DNA of 64,000 nucleotides from Candidatus Woesearchaeota archaeon (GCA_018303505.1 JAGVYA010000040.1:6809-70808), one strand, 5' to 3'; shown: positions 48,321-59,714, counted from the stretch's first letter. Numbers and translations are program-made. Notes: generated by a model from the sequence alone, not told the origin.

Positions 48321-50531
48321 TTATTTAACTTGTATTATTCCGGAATATCCCAAGCCTTCAACTTTGTATTTGTTAGTTGTTGAATTGAGAGTACATTTGT
48401 AGAATCTTTTTGTGCTCCTGCCATTGCATCTAATTTTAAATTCCATTCTTTTATTGCATTTACTGCTTATGTTGCTTATTGACGGAATATTGTCATCTTT
48501 AATACAAAGTTTGTTTAGCGAAACATTAATCTTATCAACATACAAAGTTTTTCTCGTTCCTTCTGGCATTCTCAAGCCTCTGACAAAAAATGAGCCTTTT
48601 TGATTTGGCAATTGCTTATCAATTGTCAAATTTGTTAAATTCAACACATTCTTGGAAAAATTAAAATCAAATTCGATTATTGTCAAGTTTGCATCAAAAA
48701 ATCTAACTCTAAAACTTTCATTAAAAAACCTTGATAAATCACTTGAATTTCCAATAAATATTGTAAGATTAATTGTTGATGTATTTACAGATTTTTCATT
48801 GCCGATTAGCTTATCAATAATGTCATTAATTCCATCGTTATCTATATCATTTTCCGAAGCATTAAGAATGGTTATTTTGAAGACAAGAGAGTCACTAAGA
48901 AATCCGTCTGAAACAATGGCTTCTAAAACATATTCGCCACTGTCATTTGTTGTTGTATTCCATTGAAAAACATTAAAGCTATTTGAAAATTTTGAAAAGT
49001 TAATTGAAAAAGACAGTTCATCTTCATTTGGATCAGAGGCTGAAAGGTTTATTATTATCTTAGCTGTCTCGTTTATTGTAATATTATTAATTGGCTCTAA
49101 AGTTGGCTTTTTATTTAATTTTATTATAAGCCTTTCAGCATTATTGCTTTCGTTTAGCTCTTCTACAAAATCGTTTAAGTCAGCAATGGCTGTTATTTCA
49201 AAGTCAGAGAAATTAGTAAAATTAAATTTGTGGACTATTTGTGAGTTGACATTCAATAAATTGGATTTGTTTGTTTTTGTGAATGTGTTATTATCAAAAA
49301 TTTCTGCAAAAACATTGAATGCGTGCTTATTTCCTGTGTTTTTTATAATGACTTCAATTGATACATTGTTAATTCCATAATGATATTCGCCAGAAGCTGA
49401 AATATTAACAATCAAATCAGGCAAATTTGGCTTGTTAAAATCATTAAAATTATAGTTTCCAGTTATATAAGCATTATTTATTAAGTCCACTAAATTTCCA
49501 TTTTCAAAAAGTTTGGTATATTTCACAATAAAAGGCCCATTGAGCTTTTTGCCATATATCTTTGAGCCATTAATTAAAATTGAAAGGTTATTATCTCCAA
49601 ATGCTAAGAAAAAGGTTGTATTTTTTATCTCAACAATATTGTCGAATAAATCGTACAATCCTAGCAATATATTGTAATGATTGTCATTAAATATTTTGGC
49701 ATTTGCATTAATCTGAAGCAAATTGAACTCGTCGTCATTGTCTGTATCAATTCCTGTGTCTGAGAATTCGGATAAATAAGCTGTTTCGGCAAAATCCCTG
49801 AAATCGTAGAATGAAATCACTGCATTTATTTTGATTACCTTTTTGCCAATTTTTACAGAAGAAATATTAAAATTTCCAATATAGTGCGTTCTTTTTATTG
49901 TTTCATTGTCAAAATTAAATATTAAGTCTTGAATTGAATTTGTTATTGTTTTGTTTTCCTTAATAGAAATTATTGAATTGTTATAAGCTAAAAACAATAT
50001 TGTTTCAAAAGTTCCATTAATATACGAGTTTATAGTTACATTTACTTTTAACATTTTATCAACCTTTGAATCCTTGATGCTTAATATTTCAAATCCTTTT
50101 TCATAATTTGTGTATTCTTGTGTCAAGATATTGTCTTTTCTATATTTTAGACTGAAGCTCGAATTGTAAATTTTTACTGAGTAATTGAACTGATTTTGTG
50201 ATAAAAGTATGGTATTGAGCATTATATTCAATTTATTTATTCCGGCATTTAAAGTAACATTTGTTTCATTTGTTAAGATTCCATTTTTATCTAACAGATT
50301 AATTACAAAAATAAAAATGTCATCTGCATTGTTTGTTGTCAACTCAAAAACTAAAGTGTCGTTAATGCCATTGCTGTTTTTGTCAATCATGAAGTCTTTG
50401 AACTCAGTCACATTCATTTGCGGCGATGTTGCTGAGAAAGAGTATCTTGCTATTAAATCTTTAATCGAGAGGGAGTAAGCTACTGGAATTAGAAATAAAA
50501 CAACTAAAAATATTACCACCCCTTTGCTCAT
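48321..50531 (-). CDS. Large Asn-rich surface protein with CARDB/Ig-like domains
   Basis: Signal peptide, PDL..IKNTG..ELNESNN (CARDB), DxDxDG Ca-binding motifs, many NxS/T sequons. Confidence 0.8.
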   Translation of the reverse strand: MSKGVVIFLVVLFLIPVAYSLSIKDLIARYSFSATSPQMNVTEFKDFMIDKNSNGINDTLVFELTTNNADDIFIFVINLLDKNGILTNETNVTLNAGINKLNIMLNTILLSQNQFNYSVKIYNSSFSLKYRKDNILTQEYTNYEKGFEILSIKDSKVDKMLKVNVTINSYINGTFETILFLAYNNSIISIKENKTITNSIQDLIFNFDNETIKRTHYIGNFNISSVKIGKKVIKINAVISFYDFRDFAETAYLSEFSDTGIDTDNDDEFNLLQINANAKIFNDNHYNILLGLYDLFDNIVEIKNTTFFLAFGDNNLSILINGSKIYGKKLNGPFIVKYTKLFENGNLVDLINNAYITGNYNFNDFNKPNLPDLIVNISASGEYHYGINNVSIEVIIKNTGNKHAFNVFAEIFDNNTFTKTNKSNLLNVNSQIVHKFNFTNFSDFEITAIADLNDFVEELNESNNAERLIIKLNKKPTLEPINNITINETAKIIINLSASDPNEDELSFSINFSKFSNSFNVFQWNTTTNDSGEYVLEAIVSDGFLSDSLVFKITILNASENDIDNDGINDIIDKLIGNEKSVNTSTINLTIFIGNSSDLSRFFNESFRVRFFDANLTIIEFDFNFSKNVLNLTNLTIDKQLPNQKGSFFVRGLRMPEGTRKTLYVDKINVSLNKLCIKDDNIPSISNISSKCNKRMEFKIRCNGRSTKRFYKCTLNSTTNKYKVEGLGYSGIIQVK

Positions 50532-50642
50532 TTTTAGGGCGAAATAACACGATTTTAAAAAGGTTTCTTTATGACATGTTAGCTAAACGAAATTTTTATA
50601 AAAGCATGGCAATTCTCACATAGATTTTATATTATTAATTGG

Positions 50643-51998
50643 GTGTACTTCATGAAAAAAGAGTTTTATATAAGTGCGATTTTATTTGTCTTTTGCTTTG
50701 CATTAATTTCTGTCGTATATGCTGATTCTTCAGGTCCAAATAACCCTGCTGCAGCAATTGATGACGCCAGCATTGGCACAGAAGTTTGGAATGACCCAGA
50801 AAATGTAACATCCTCTGACGATTTAAAAGCAGCTGTAAGGGTCGATGATTTTGAAATTTCACATTATATCAAAGCAACTGATTTTGGATTTTCAATTCCA
50901 TCTGATGCGATAATTAAAGGTGTTATTGTTGAGATAGAAAGAAGAGTAAGCTCAAATACGTCAGGCAGCATTGTCAAGGATGCTTCTGTGAAATTAGTAA
51001 AAGAAGGTGTTATTTCTGGCGAAGATAGAGCAACTGGTACAAGTTATACGAATGTGGATATTGTTAAAACTCATGGCTCTGCAAGCGATTTGTGGGGATT
51101 GAATTTAAGTTTTGCTGACATGAATGACGAGGGCTTTGGAGCAGCTGTTGCTGTTACAAAAGCAAATGATGCTGGCGGCTCGCGAGAAGCAAGAATTGAT
51201 AATATAAGGATTACAGTTCATTTTAGTATTCCAGAAGAAGCCAATGCAACAATAACTTTGCTCAAGCAAGTTGTAAATGACAATGATGGAACTGCTGAAG
51301 CCGATGATTTCGAATTGGAGATTGATGGCATTGATGTAGAGCAAGGTGTTCCGATTGAGATTAGTGCCAATGAAAGTCATTTTATCGATGAAGAGAATGT
51401 TGAGGGTTATGTGTTTGCAAATATTACAGGAGATGAAAAGTGCCCAGATAGCTTAGGCGAAAATTTTACTTTAGACGAAGGCGAGAATATAACTTGCATA
51501 ATAACAAATGATGATGCTATTGTGGAAAGTGATCTAAGGGAAATCAAAATGAATATTCTTGGTGATTTAATAGAACTGCGGAATAATGCAAGTGCAGAGC
51601 ATGACCAAAGAAGATTGGGCATGGCAATTAGAAGCTTAAACAAGTCGCTTCAACCCGAATTCTGGATTGATTCCTTGCATTTAAGCGAGCATGGCGAAGA
51701 GGCATTCAAAAAAGAAAGGAAGGCTGTCAAGGAGCTGCAAAACACGATGAAGTCAAAGAAAAGCTTATTGTCTGATGCTCAATTGGAGGATTTCATTAAC
51801 AGGATTCTGGATGTTGATCGCAATCTGGCTTTGATTGCCATTGAGGATGCTGAAGAAGCTGAAGGAGAAGAGAAGTTCATAAAAAAGGCAAATTACCAAA
51901 TTGAGCTGGGAGATGAAGCAGAGTCAGAAGGCAGATTCAGGGGAGCGGTTAATCATTATCTGCAGGCATGGGAGTTTGCTGTGAAGGCGGTGGAGTGA
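50643..51998 (+). CDS. Secreted acidic protein with prealbumin-like pilin-type domain and helical C-terminus
   Basis: Signal peptide; TLLKQVVNDNDGTA...ITCIITNDD. Confidence 0.7.
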   Translation: MYFMKKEFYISAILFVFCFALISVVYADSSGPNNPAAAIDDASIGTEVWNDPENVTSSDDLKAAVRVDDFEISHYIKATDFGFSIPSDAIIKGVIVEIERRVSSNTSGSIVKDASVKLVKEGVISGEDRATGTSYTNVDIVKTHGSASDLWGLNLSFADMNDEGFGAAVAVTKANDAGGSREARIDNIRITVHFSIPEEANATITLLKQVVNDNDGTAEADDFELEIDGIDVEQGVPIEISANESHFIDEENVEGYVFANITGDEKCPDSLGENFTLDEGENITCIITNDDAIVESDLREIKMNILGDLIELRNNASAEHDQRRLGMAIRSLNKSLQPEFWIDSLHLSEHGEEAFKKERKAVKELQNTMKSKKSLLSDAQLEDFINRILDVDRNLALIAIEDAEEAEGEEKFIKKANYQIELGDEAESEGRFRGAVNHYLQAWEFAVKAVE

Positions 51999-52021
51999 AT
52001 GATATAAGTTGATTTTTAATT

Positions 52022-52206
52022 TATACTCACCCACAAAAATTATTGGGTATTGTTATGGGTTCGTAATATGTCGGAAATTTTTATTATTCATTAATTTTGC
52101 AAAAATTTCCGAGCATGCTCAAAAATTCCATCATGTATTCGTAAATTGGAATTTTTGACAGTCAACAACAAAAATACATTAAACCTAATTACTTTGTTGG
52201 TTGACT
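52022..52206 (+). repeat. Dispersed multi-hairpin element, family 1, copy D
   Basis: TATACTCAC-hairpin-TTCGTAATATG-TCGGAAATTTTT/AAAAATTTCCGA-GCATGC-TCAAAAATTCCA/TGGAATTTTTGA-CA-AGTCAAC..GTTGACT. Confidence 0.85.
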
Positions 52207-52362
52207 ATATTGATTTGCTTAAGGAAAATAATGTTTACTTGAATATTGAGAAGGAGGATGTCGAGCAGGCGCTTGATACAGCTAGAAAAGTAATTTGAAT
52301 TCACATTGATTTTTCTTCAACTTACCAACACTTTTATATACCAAAAAAGCTTCTCGTGCATT

Positions 52363-54822
52363 ATGGCTGAGAAAATAGAGTTTTTTCCTTTGGATGCAAC
52401 TTATAAAATAGATAATGGAAAGGCAGTCATATATTTATACGGAAGAACATCTGATGGCAGGCAGATTTCCATTCTTGACAGCAACTTTGAGCCTTATTTT
52501 TATGTCATTCCAAAAGACGGCATTGACATAAGCGAAAAGCTTGAAAAAATAAGAATAGAGAATGTTAATGATGTTTCTTTTGTAGCAAAAACAGAAACTG
52601 TAATTAAAAAATTTCTCGGAAAGGAGGTTTTTGCAATAAAGGTTTATACTAACCTGCCGAGCAGCGTACCTGTCATCAAGGATGTAATAAAAGAATGGGA
52701 AGCTATTGAGTCAGTGCATGAGTATGACATTCCCTTTGTCAGGAGGTATTTGATAGATAAAAACATAACGCCATTAATCCTGCATCAAGCAATTGGCGAA
52801 TTTGCAAACCAGAAATCAAGGGTTGCTGTTTTTAAAGCAGACAATATAGAGCAGGTTAGCAGCGATACATTGCATAATCCAAAAGTTTTGGCATTTGACA
52901 TCGAAACATACAGTCCCTTTGACCTTGCCATTGATGCTGAGAAAAATCCAATAATAATGCTTTCTTTCTATGGGGAGAATTTCAAAAAGGCTTTTGTATG
53001 GAAAAGATTCAAAACTGATATTGATTACATAGAATTTGTTGACAGCGAGTCAGAATTAATCGAGAAATTCAAGGAAGTCATTGAAAGCTACAAGCCTGAT
53101 ATCTTAACAGGCTACTTCTCTGATGGATTTGATTTGCCATATATAAAAACAAGGGCTGACAAGTACAAGATTAAGCTTGACATCGGCTTGGACTATTCTG
53201 AATTAAAAGTTAAAAGTACTCGCGAAACGACAGTTACGATAAATGGCATAACTCATCTTGACATATTCAAATTCATAAAAAAAGTGATAGGCGGAGTCCT
53301 GGAGACATATTCTTATGACTTAAATGCCGTAGCTTCTGAACTGCTTGGTGAGAAAAAACACGATGTTTCACTGGCAGATCTTACAAATACGTGGGACAAT
53401 AATCACGAAAATCTTGAAAAGTTTTGCGAATATAACCTGCACGACTCGCTCCTGACTTACAATCTGGCAGTAAAAATGCTTCCCACTATAATAGAGATGG
53501 TTAAAATAGTGGGCATACCTATTTACGATGTTAACAGGATGGGATTCTCGCAGCTTGTTGAATGGTACATAATGAAGCAGGCCCCTCAATTTAATGAAAT
53601 TGCCCCTAACAAGCCAAGTTATGATGAAGTGCAGCAGCGCAGGCTCAACACATACAAGGGTGCTTTTGTTTATGAGCCCAAGCCTGGCTTCTATAAGGAT
53701 ATTGTTGTTTTCGACTTCAGGAGCCTGTATCCAACAATTCTAAGCTCGCATAACATAGGAACTGATACAATTAATTGCGCTTGTTGTGAAGACATAGCAA
53801 AAGCCACACCCGGAGATGAAAGTGAGAAGCATTGGTTTTGCGCCAAAAGAAAGGGATTTATCCCTACATTAATAGAAGACTTGATTTCAAGAAGAATAAG
53901 GATAAAAGAAATAATAAAGCAGGAGAATGATGAAAAGTTTGCATTTCTTGATGCTCGTCAAAATAGCTTGAAATTACTGGCAAACTCATTTTATGGCTAC
54001 TTGGGTTTTTTTGGAGCAAGATGGTATTCTATCGGATGCGCAAGAAGCATAACTGCATGGGGCAGGTTTTACATTCATAAAGTAATTGACAAGGCACAAA
54101 AAGAAGGATTTTTTGTCTTATATAGTGATACAGATAGCGTTTTCTTGACACTTGACGGAAAATCAGAAAATGAAGCCAAAATATTTGCAGAGTCAATTAA
54201 TTCGGAACTGCCCGGGATTATGGAGCTTGAATACGAGGGATTTTATCCAAGCGGAATTTTTGTATCTGCAAAATTAAGCCCATTTGGAGCAAAGAAAAAA
54301 TATGCCTTGATGTCCCAGCAAGGTACTTTAAAGATTAAAGGTTTTGAAACAGTAAGACGCAACTGGTCCTTGATTGCCAAAGATGTGCAGGAAAAAGTTT
54401 TGGAAATAATACTGAGGGAGAATGACACAAAAAAAGCGCTTGAGTATGCCAAGAACGTAATCAGTGATTTAAGAAACAAGAAAATACCGATTGAAATGGT
54501 TGTGATTCGTACACAATTGCAAAAAGATATTTTGGATTACGCTGCCAAAGGCCCTCATGTTGCAGTAGCCCAAAAGCTAAAGAACAAAGGCAGGTCTATC
54601 GGGCCTGGCTCAATAATAAAATATGTTGTAACTCAAGGAAACGATATGATAAGGAATCGCTCCAAGCTGCCTGAAGATGTCAAGGAAGGGGAATACGATG
54701 CGGATTACTACATCAACAACCAGGTAATTCCATCTGTTGAGAGAATTTTTAATGTTTTAGGATATAAAAAAGAAGACTTGCTTGAGCAAAAAGAGCAGAC
54801 AAAACTGGAAGGGTTTTTTTAA
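52363..54822 (+). CDS. polB: Family B DNA polymerase
   Basis: FDIET exonuclease motif, DFRSLYP, KLLANSFYG, YSDTDS, KKKY; no intein; start at MAEKIEF. Confidence 0.96.
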   Translation: MAEKIEFFPLDATYKIDNGKAVIYLYGRTSDGRQISILDSNFEPYFYVIPKDGIDISEKLEKIRIENVNDVSFVAKTETVIKKFLGKEVFAIKVYTNLPSSVPVIKDVIKEWEAIESVHEYDIPFVRRYLIDKNITPLILHQAIGEFANQKSRVAVFKADNIEQVSSDTLHNPKVLAFDIETYSPFDLAIDAEKNPIIMLSFYGENFKKAFVWKRFKTDIDYIEFVDSESELIEKFKEVIESYKPDILTGYFSDGFDLPYIKTRADKYKIKLDIGLDYSELKVKSTRETTVTINGITHLDIFKFIKKVIGGVLETYSYDLNAVASELLGEKKHDVSLADLTNTWDNNHENLEKFCEYNLHDSLLTYNLAVKMLPTIIEMVKIVGIPIYDVNRMGFSQLVEWYIMKQAPQFNEIAPNKPSYDEVQQRRLNTYKGAFVYEPKPGFYKDIVVFDFRSLYPTILSSHNIGTDTINCACCEDIAKATPGDESEKHWFCAKRKGFIPTLIEDLISRRIRIKEIIKQENDEKFAFLDARQNSLKLLANSFYGYLGFFGARWYSIGCARSITAWGRFYIHKVIDKAQKEGFFVLYSDTDSVFLTLDGKSENEAKIFAESINSELPGIMELEYEGFYPSGIFVSAKLSPFGAKKKYALMSQQGTLKIKGFETVRRNWSLIAKDVQEKVLEIILRENDTKKALEYAKNVISDLRNKKIPIEMVVIRTQLQKDILDYAAKGPHVAVAQKLKNKGRSIGPGSIIKYVVTQGNDMIRNRSKLPEDVKEGEYDADYYINNQVIPSVERIFNVLGYKKEDLLEQKEQTKLEGFF

Positions 54823-54885
54823 ATAAGTGCTATTGCATGTTTAAAATAGAAGAGTTTAAAAAACTTATAATAATACTCTATAAAA

Positions 54886-55170
54886 ATGTACGAATTAATA
54901 CCAAGGGAAGTAAGGCAGCAATATGGTGGAAGAGCAGAAAGAGTACCTAAACAATTAAATTCTACAGATGCGCCTATAGACCTAAATGTATTACCCTATA
55001 ACGTAAAAGAGTTATTATTTAGGGACATGAGCTTAGGAGATAGGCTAGTAACAGAAGAAATAGCTAAAAATGTAAAAAGACGATCTATGGATTTAAGTAA
55101 ATTAGCCGAGCAGGAATTTATAGAAATGTTAAGAAGATTGCCGCCACAGCAATCGGTGGATATTTTCTAA
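54886..55170 (+). CDS. Hypothetical protein
   Basis: ORF with upstream TATA-like element. Confidence 0.55.
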   Translation: MYELIPREVRQQYGGRAERVPKQLNSTDAPIDLNVLPYNVKELLFRDMSLGDRLVTEEIAKNVKRRSMDLSKLAEQEFIEMLRRLPPQQSVDIF

Positions 55171-55272
55171 ACAGTGTATATTTAAAAAATCAACAAATAT
55201 ATATCATAATTCTATAATAGCTAAATTTCCATACTAAAAATTTAAATAATAAACTGAAATTCAATAATTAAA

Positions 55273-58200
55273 ATGCTCCAAAACTACGAACCAACTAAGC
55301 AAGAGCCAGAAATACTTGAATTTTGGAAAAAGCATAATATTTATGAGAAGGCCAAGGAAAAGAATAAAGGCAAAAAAAAGTTCTATTTCTTAGATGGGCC
55401 GCCGTATACCTCTGGAAAGGTTCACCTCGGCACAGCGTGGAACAAAGCGCTAAAAGATTCTGTATTAAGGTACAAAAGAATGCAGGGCTTTGATGTTTGG
55501 GACAGGGCTGGCTATGACATGCATGGAATGCCGACAGAGCAGGCTGTTGAAAAGAATCTTGGCTTGAAGCACAAAGATGAGATTCCAGTTTATGGAGTTG
55601 CAAATTTTGTAAATGCATGCAGGGAATTTGCAATAACCAACATGCTTTCAATGAATGAAGATTTCAAAAGGATAGGTACATGGATGGATTTTGACAATGC
55701 TTACCAATCCATACAGAATACTTTTATGGAAGGCGAGTGGTGGCTTATAAAAAAAGCATATGAAAATGATAGATTATATGAAGGGGAGAAAACAATGCAC
55801 TGGTGCGCGTCATGCGCAACATCATTGGCAAAGCATGAGCTTGAGTATGAAAACATAAGCGATGATTCTATTTTCGTAAAATTTCCAGTCAAAAACAAGC
55901 AGGATGAATTCTTAATCATATGGACAACAACTCCATGGACAATCCCATTCAACTTAGGAGTCATGGCTAATCCTAACTTTGATTATGTAAGGGCAAAAGT
56001 TGGCGATGAGATATGGATTGTTGCAAAAGCATTGGCATCAAGCTTGATAAGCGGAGTTGCTGAAAAGCAATTTTCAATTCTGGAAGAGTTTAAAGGTGAC
56101 AAGCTAGTTGGGCTAGAGTATGTGCATCCATTTGAAAATGAAACTCCTCAATTTAGGGACTTAAAGCAAAAACACCCAAAAGTTCATACTGTTGTTTTGA
56201 GCGAAGAATATGTTGACACAAGCGCAGGCTCTGGATTGGTGCATATGGCTCCCGGCTGTGGACCAGAGGACTATGAAGTTGGGCATAGAAATAATGTTCC
56301 TCCATTCAATACCTTAACAGAAAGGGGGGTTTTTGATGAAACAAGCAGTATTTTCAAGGGTTTGACTGCAAAAAAAGATGACAAGTGGATAACGGAGGAA
56401 ATAAAGAAAAAAGGGCTTCTCGTTGCAGAAACAAAAATAGAGCATGACTATGCGCATTGCTGGCGCTGCAAGAATCCTGTCATTTACAGGACAACAACAC
56501 AATGGTTCTTCAAAATTGAAGACTTGAAAGACAAGATGAGGGAATTAAACAAAAGCATAAAATGGATTCCTGATTTTGCAGGCTCCAGGAATTTTGACAA
56601 TTGGCTTGCTAATTTGAGGGACAATGGAATCACAAGGCAAAGATACTGGGGCACCCCATTGCCTGTTTGGAAATGCAATCAATGCAATGATTTTGTAGTT
56701 GTTGGCTCTGTTGAGGAACTAAAGAATCTTGCAGGCAGAATTCCAGATGATTTGCACAAGCCATGGATCGATGAAGTCAAAATAAAATGCAAATGCGGCG
56801 GCATCAAAGAAAGAACTCCTGACATTTTGGATGTGTGGATAGATGCCGGCTCTGCATCATGGAACTGCCTGGATTTTCCAAAAAGAAAAGACCTGTTTGA
56901 AAAGCTTTATCCCGCTGATTTCATTTTAGAAGGCATAGACCAAATCAGAGGCTGGTTTAATCTTTTGTTTGTTGCTTCAATGGTTGCCATGGATAATGTG
57001 TCATTCAGGGCAGTTTATATGCATGGCTTCATTAATGATGCCCAGGGAAGAAAGATGAGCAAATCTCTTGGCAATTACATTCTGCCGCAAGAAGTTGTGA
57101 TGGATTACGGCGCTGACACATTGAGGTATTACATGATTGGAGGCACAGCTCCAGGAGTTGACATCAACTATAACTTTGATGATATGAAGGTCAAGCATAA
57201 AAATTTGATGGTGCTCTGGAACTTGCATAAATATTTAATAGACATGGCCAAAAATCTTAAAGCAAATCCTATTGATTTAAAGCTGGAAAAAAGCAAGCTT
57301 GACATCGAAGAGCTCTATATATTGTCCAAGCTTAATTCAGCAATAAGCAATGTAACTGAATTATTCGATGACTACAAGCTAAATGAAATTCCCTGGCAAG
57401 TTGAAGAATTGTTTTTAGAGTTAAGCAGGACTTACATCCAATCAACAAGAGAAAAGGCATCAATGGGAAGCGAGGAAGATAAAAAGATTGTTTTATACGC
57501 TGTTTATAATGTTTTATTGGAATCATTAAAATTGTTTGCGCCGATTGCGCCCTTTATAGCAGAAATGATACACCAGAACTTGAGGCATGAATTCAAGCTA
57601 AAAGAAGCCAGCATTCATTTGTCTGACTGGCCAAAATATAATGAGGATTTAATTGATAAAAACTTAGAAGAGTCAATGCAAATTGTAAGTGAAGTCATAC
57701 AGGGCGCTCTTGCTGTAAGGGAAAAAATGCATCTTGGTGTCAGGTGGCCTGTAAAGGAAATTGTTATAGCTGTAAAGGATAAGAATATAGCGAGCGCTGT
57801 TGAAAAACTAAGGGAAGTAATAAAAAAGCAAGTAAATGCAAAAGAGGTAAAAATTATTGAGTCAATGCCAAATGTCAAGGTAAAGATAAAGGCTGATTAC
57901 TCAAAAATAGGGCCCAAGTTTGGCGATAAAGCTCCTAAGATAATCGCCAAGCTTACAATTGACAGCCCTGAAACTGTATTGAAGCACATACAGGAAAATG
58001 GAAAGTATTCTTTTAATGCTGATGGAGAAACTATGGACATTGTAAAAGAGGATTTATTTGTTACAAGAGATGTCCCTATGCCTTATGAAGAAGGCATTTT
58101 CAAGCAGGGTCTAATTTATCTAAACAAGGAAATGACAGATGAATTGGAATCAGAAGGCTTTGCAAGGGAGATAATGAGAAGAGTACAGGCTTTAAGGAAA

Positions 58201-58416
58201 AAAGCTGGATTGCAGAAATCCGACAATATATCCTTATTTATTAAGACTGATGAAGAGTTAAAAGAGATGCTTAAGGTATGGAATTTGGTGATTAAAGAGA
58301 AAGTTGGTGCTTCGCAATTCAGGATTTCAGAGCTTGAGCCGAGCAAAAAGCATGCTTTTGTAAGCAATGAAAAGGTAAAAGGCAAGGAATTTGAAATACA
58401 TTTGGAGAAGGTATAG
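55273..58416 (+). CDS. ileS: Isoleucyl-tRNA synthetase
   Basis: DGPPY, HLGT, WTTTPWT, GSGLVH.APG, RQRYWG, DQIRGWF, KMSKS. Confidence 0.97.
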   Translation: MLQNYEPTKQEPEILEFWKKHNIYEKAKEKNKGKKKFYFLDGPPYTSGKVHLGTAWNKALKDSVLRYKRMQGFDVWDRAGYDMHGMPTEQAVEKNLGLKHKDEIPVYGVANFVNACREFAITNMLSMNEDFKRIGTWMDFDNAYQSIQNTFMEGEWWLIKKAYENDRLYEGEKTMHWCASCATSLAKHELEYENISDDSIFVKFPVKNKQDEFLIIWTTTPWTIPFNLGVMANPNFDYVRAKVGDEIWIVAKALASSLISGVAEKQFSILEEFKGDKLVGLEYVHPFENETPQFRDLKQKHPKVHTVVLSEEYVDTSAGSGLVHMAPGCGPEDYEVGHRNNVPPFNTLTERGVFDETSSIFKGLTAKKDDKWITEEIKKKGLLVAETKIEHDYAHCWRCKNPVIYRTTTQWFFKIEDLKDKMRELNKSIKWIPDFAGSRNFDNWLANLRDNGITRQRYWGTPLPVWKCNQCNDFVVVGSVEELKNLAGRIPDDLHKPWIDEVKIKCKCGGIKERTPDILDVWIDAGSASWNCLDFPKRKDLFEKLYPADFILEGIDQIRGWFNLLFVASMVAMDNVSFRAVYMHGFINDAQGRKMSKSLGNYILPQEVVMDYGADTLRYYMIGGTAPGVDINYNFDDMKVKHKNLMVLWNLHKYLIDMAKNLKANPIDLKLEKSKLDIEELYILSKLNSAISNVTELFDDYKLNEIPWQVEELFLELSRTYIQSTREKASMGSEEDKKIVLYAVYNVLLESLKLFAPIAPFIAEMIHQNLRHEFKLKEASIHLSDWPKYNEDLIDKNLEESMQIVSEVIQGALAVREKMHLGVRWPVKEIVIAVKDKNIASAVEKLREVIKKQVNAKEVKIIESMPNVKVKIKADYSKIGPKFGDKAPKIIAKLTIDSPETVLKHIQENGKYSFNADGETMDIVKEDLFVTRDVPMPYEEGIFKQGLIYLNKEMTDELESEGFAREIMRRVQALRKKAGLQKSDNISLFIKTDEELKEMLKVWNLVIKEKVGASQFRISELEPSKKHAFVSNEKVKGKEFEIHLEKV

Positions 58417-58420
58417 AAAA

Positions 58421-58819
58421 CTAATAACTTTCAACCTTAATTCCTTTTATTCTTTGGAAATGTTCTTTATCTCGAGTTATAATTTTATTGCAATTGTTGG
58501 ACAACATTGCCCCTGCAATTAAGCAGTCATGAGTTTCTATTTCTACGCCTTTTTTAACCAAATCGCTAGCTATTTGTGATGCTCTAACTGAAGAATCATA
58601 ATCAAGATTTAATATATTCAAATTACTTATAAATTTCATTAAACCTTCTAATTCGTTGTCATAACTTGCTTGCTTTTTTCTTAGTACACCAAATAATATT
58701 TCAAATATGTTCACAGTTGTTGTTGCAAGTTGCTCATTCTTTACTTTATCGCAAGCTTCAATAGCTTCTGGTTTATTCTTAAGAAAATCGATAACAAGTG
58801 TGCTGTCCAAGCAAATCAC
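58421..58819 (-). CDS. VapC PIN-domain toxin
   Basis: CLDSTLVIDFL, FEIL.G, DCLIAG, TRDKEHF. Confidence 0.92.
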   Translation of the reverse strand: MICLDSTLVIDFLKNKPEAIEACDKVKNEQLATTTVNIFEILFGVLRKKQASYDNELEGLMKFISNLNILNLDYDSSVRASQIASDLVKKGVEIETHDCLIAGAMLSNNCNKIITRDKEHFQRIKGIKVESY

Positions 58820-59058
58820 AAACCCTCAATCCTCCTGAGCAAGGACTTATAAGAATTTTTTCTGAGTTGTCTTATGGACTTTTTCATCTCTTCAACTTCC
58901 TTATCATTTAAATGAGCCCATAAACCTGCGCATTCCATTATATTACCTTTTTTAGGCACAAGTCTTCTAAGTTCTTCGGAGAAGCTTTCATTAGGCTTCT
59001 TATTTCTAACTAAAATTTCATGTACATCATCCATTATAGATATTGTTTTTGTTCCCAT
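58816..59058 (-). CDS. VapB-type antitoxin (DUF217-like)
   Basis: TKTISIMDDV...K..NESFSE.LRRL; overlaps vapC by 4 nt. Confidence 0.88.
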   Translation of the reverse strand: MGTKTISIMDDVHEILVRNKKPNESFSEELRRLVPKKGNIMECAGLWAHLNDKEVEEMKKSIRQLRKNSYKSLLRRIEGL

Positions 59059-59159
59059 CTGTGTATGTGTATGTGTACATATATTTAAAACTTTCGATTT
59101 TGTAGATCTTTACAGAAAACTATTTATACAACCAAACTCTAAAGCTATTGGGTGATATA

Positions 59160-59666
59160 ATGGTTGACGCAAACCTTCTTGTAACGCATGAACCTTCGCA
59201 TGCAGGAAGCGCTAAAGAGAACGTGGAAAATGCATTAAAAGCCATAAAGCAAAAAGCAAAATTTCTAAAATCCGATAGTGAGGGGGTTTTTAAGCTAAGG
59301 GTTGGGAATGCAAAGAAGATAGTCAAGAGTTTAAGCAAGCTGAAAGGCAAAAAAGCAATGTTTGAGCATACATTCCACTGGATTCCAATTGAGAAATGGA
59401 CAGCTGCAAATGTCAAGGCAATGCAAAAAGAAATAAAAAAGCTGCAGAAAGGCATAAAGAAAACTGAAAAATGGAAGATGGACCTGCACAAAAGGCATTT
59501 TGAAATGTCCTTAACAGAATTGATAATGAAATTGACAGAAGTTGTGGACAAGCCAAAGGTTGATTTGGATAATCCGCAGAAAATTATAGCAGTGCAGATT
59601 ATGGGCAAGAAGGCGGGATTGGCGCTGCTGAACAAGGACGAGATGATGACTGCAGCACATGACTAA
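59160..59666 (+). CDS. THUMP-domain protein
   Basis: WIPIEKW, KVDLDNPQKIIAVQIMG; GGGTGA SD before ATG 59160. Confidence 0.8.
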   Translation: MVDANLLVTHEPSHAGSAKENVENALKAIKQKAKFLKSDSEGVFKLRVGNAKKIVKSLSKLKGKKAMFEHTFHWIPIEKWTAANVKAMQKEIKKLQKGIKKTEKWKMDLHKRHFEMSLTELIMKLTEVVDKPKVDLDNPQKIIAVQIMGKKAGLALLNKDEMMTAAHD

Positions 59667-59714
59667 ATTTAATCAAAACTTATATATACTTCTTATTTCT
59701 TAAAATCTTTTATC

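Noticed and set aside
52203-52298. Short frame ending EDVEQALDTARKVI resembling a HEPN C-terminus
   Set aside because: No start codon or Rx4-6H motif; too short to support a call.
52363-54822. Intein or split in polB (also checked in gyrB)
   Set aside because: Lengths are normal and no C/S...HN intein termini were seen.
59120-59635. Long antisense ORF (also 31909-32442, 43897-44403, 40946-41374)
   Set aside because: Antisense shadows of well-supported genes.
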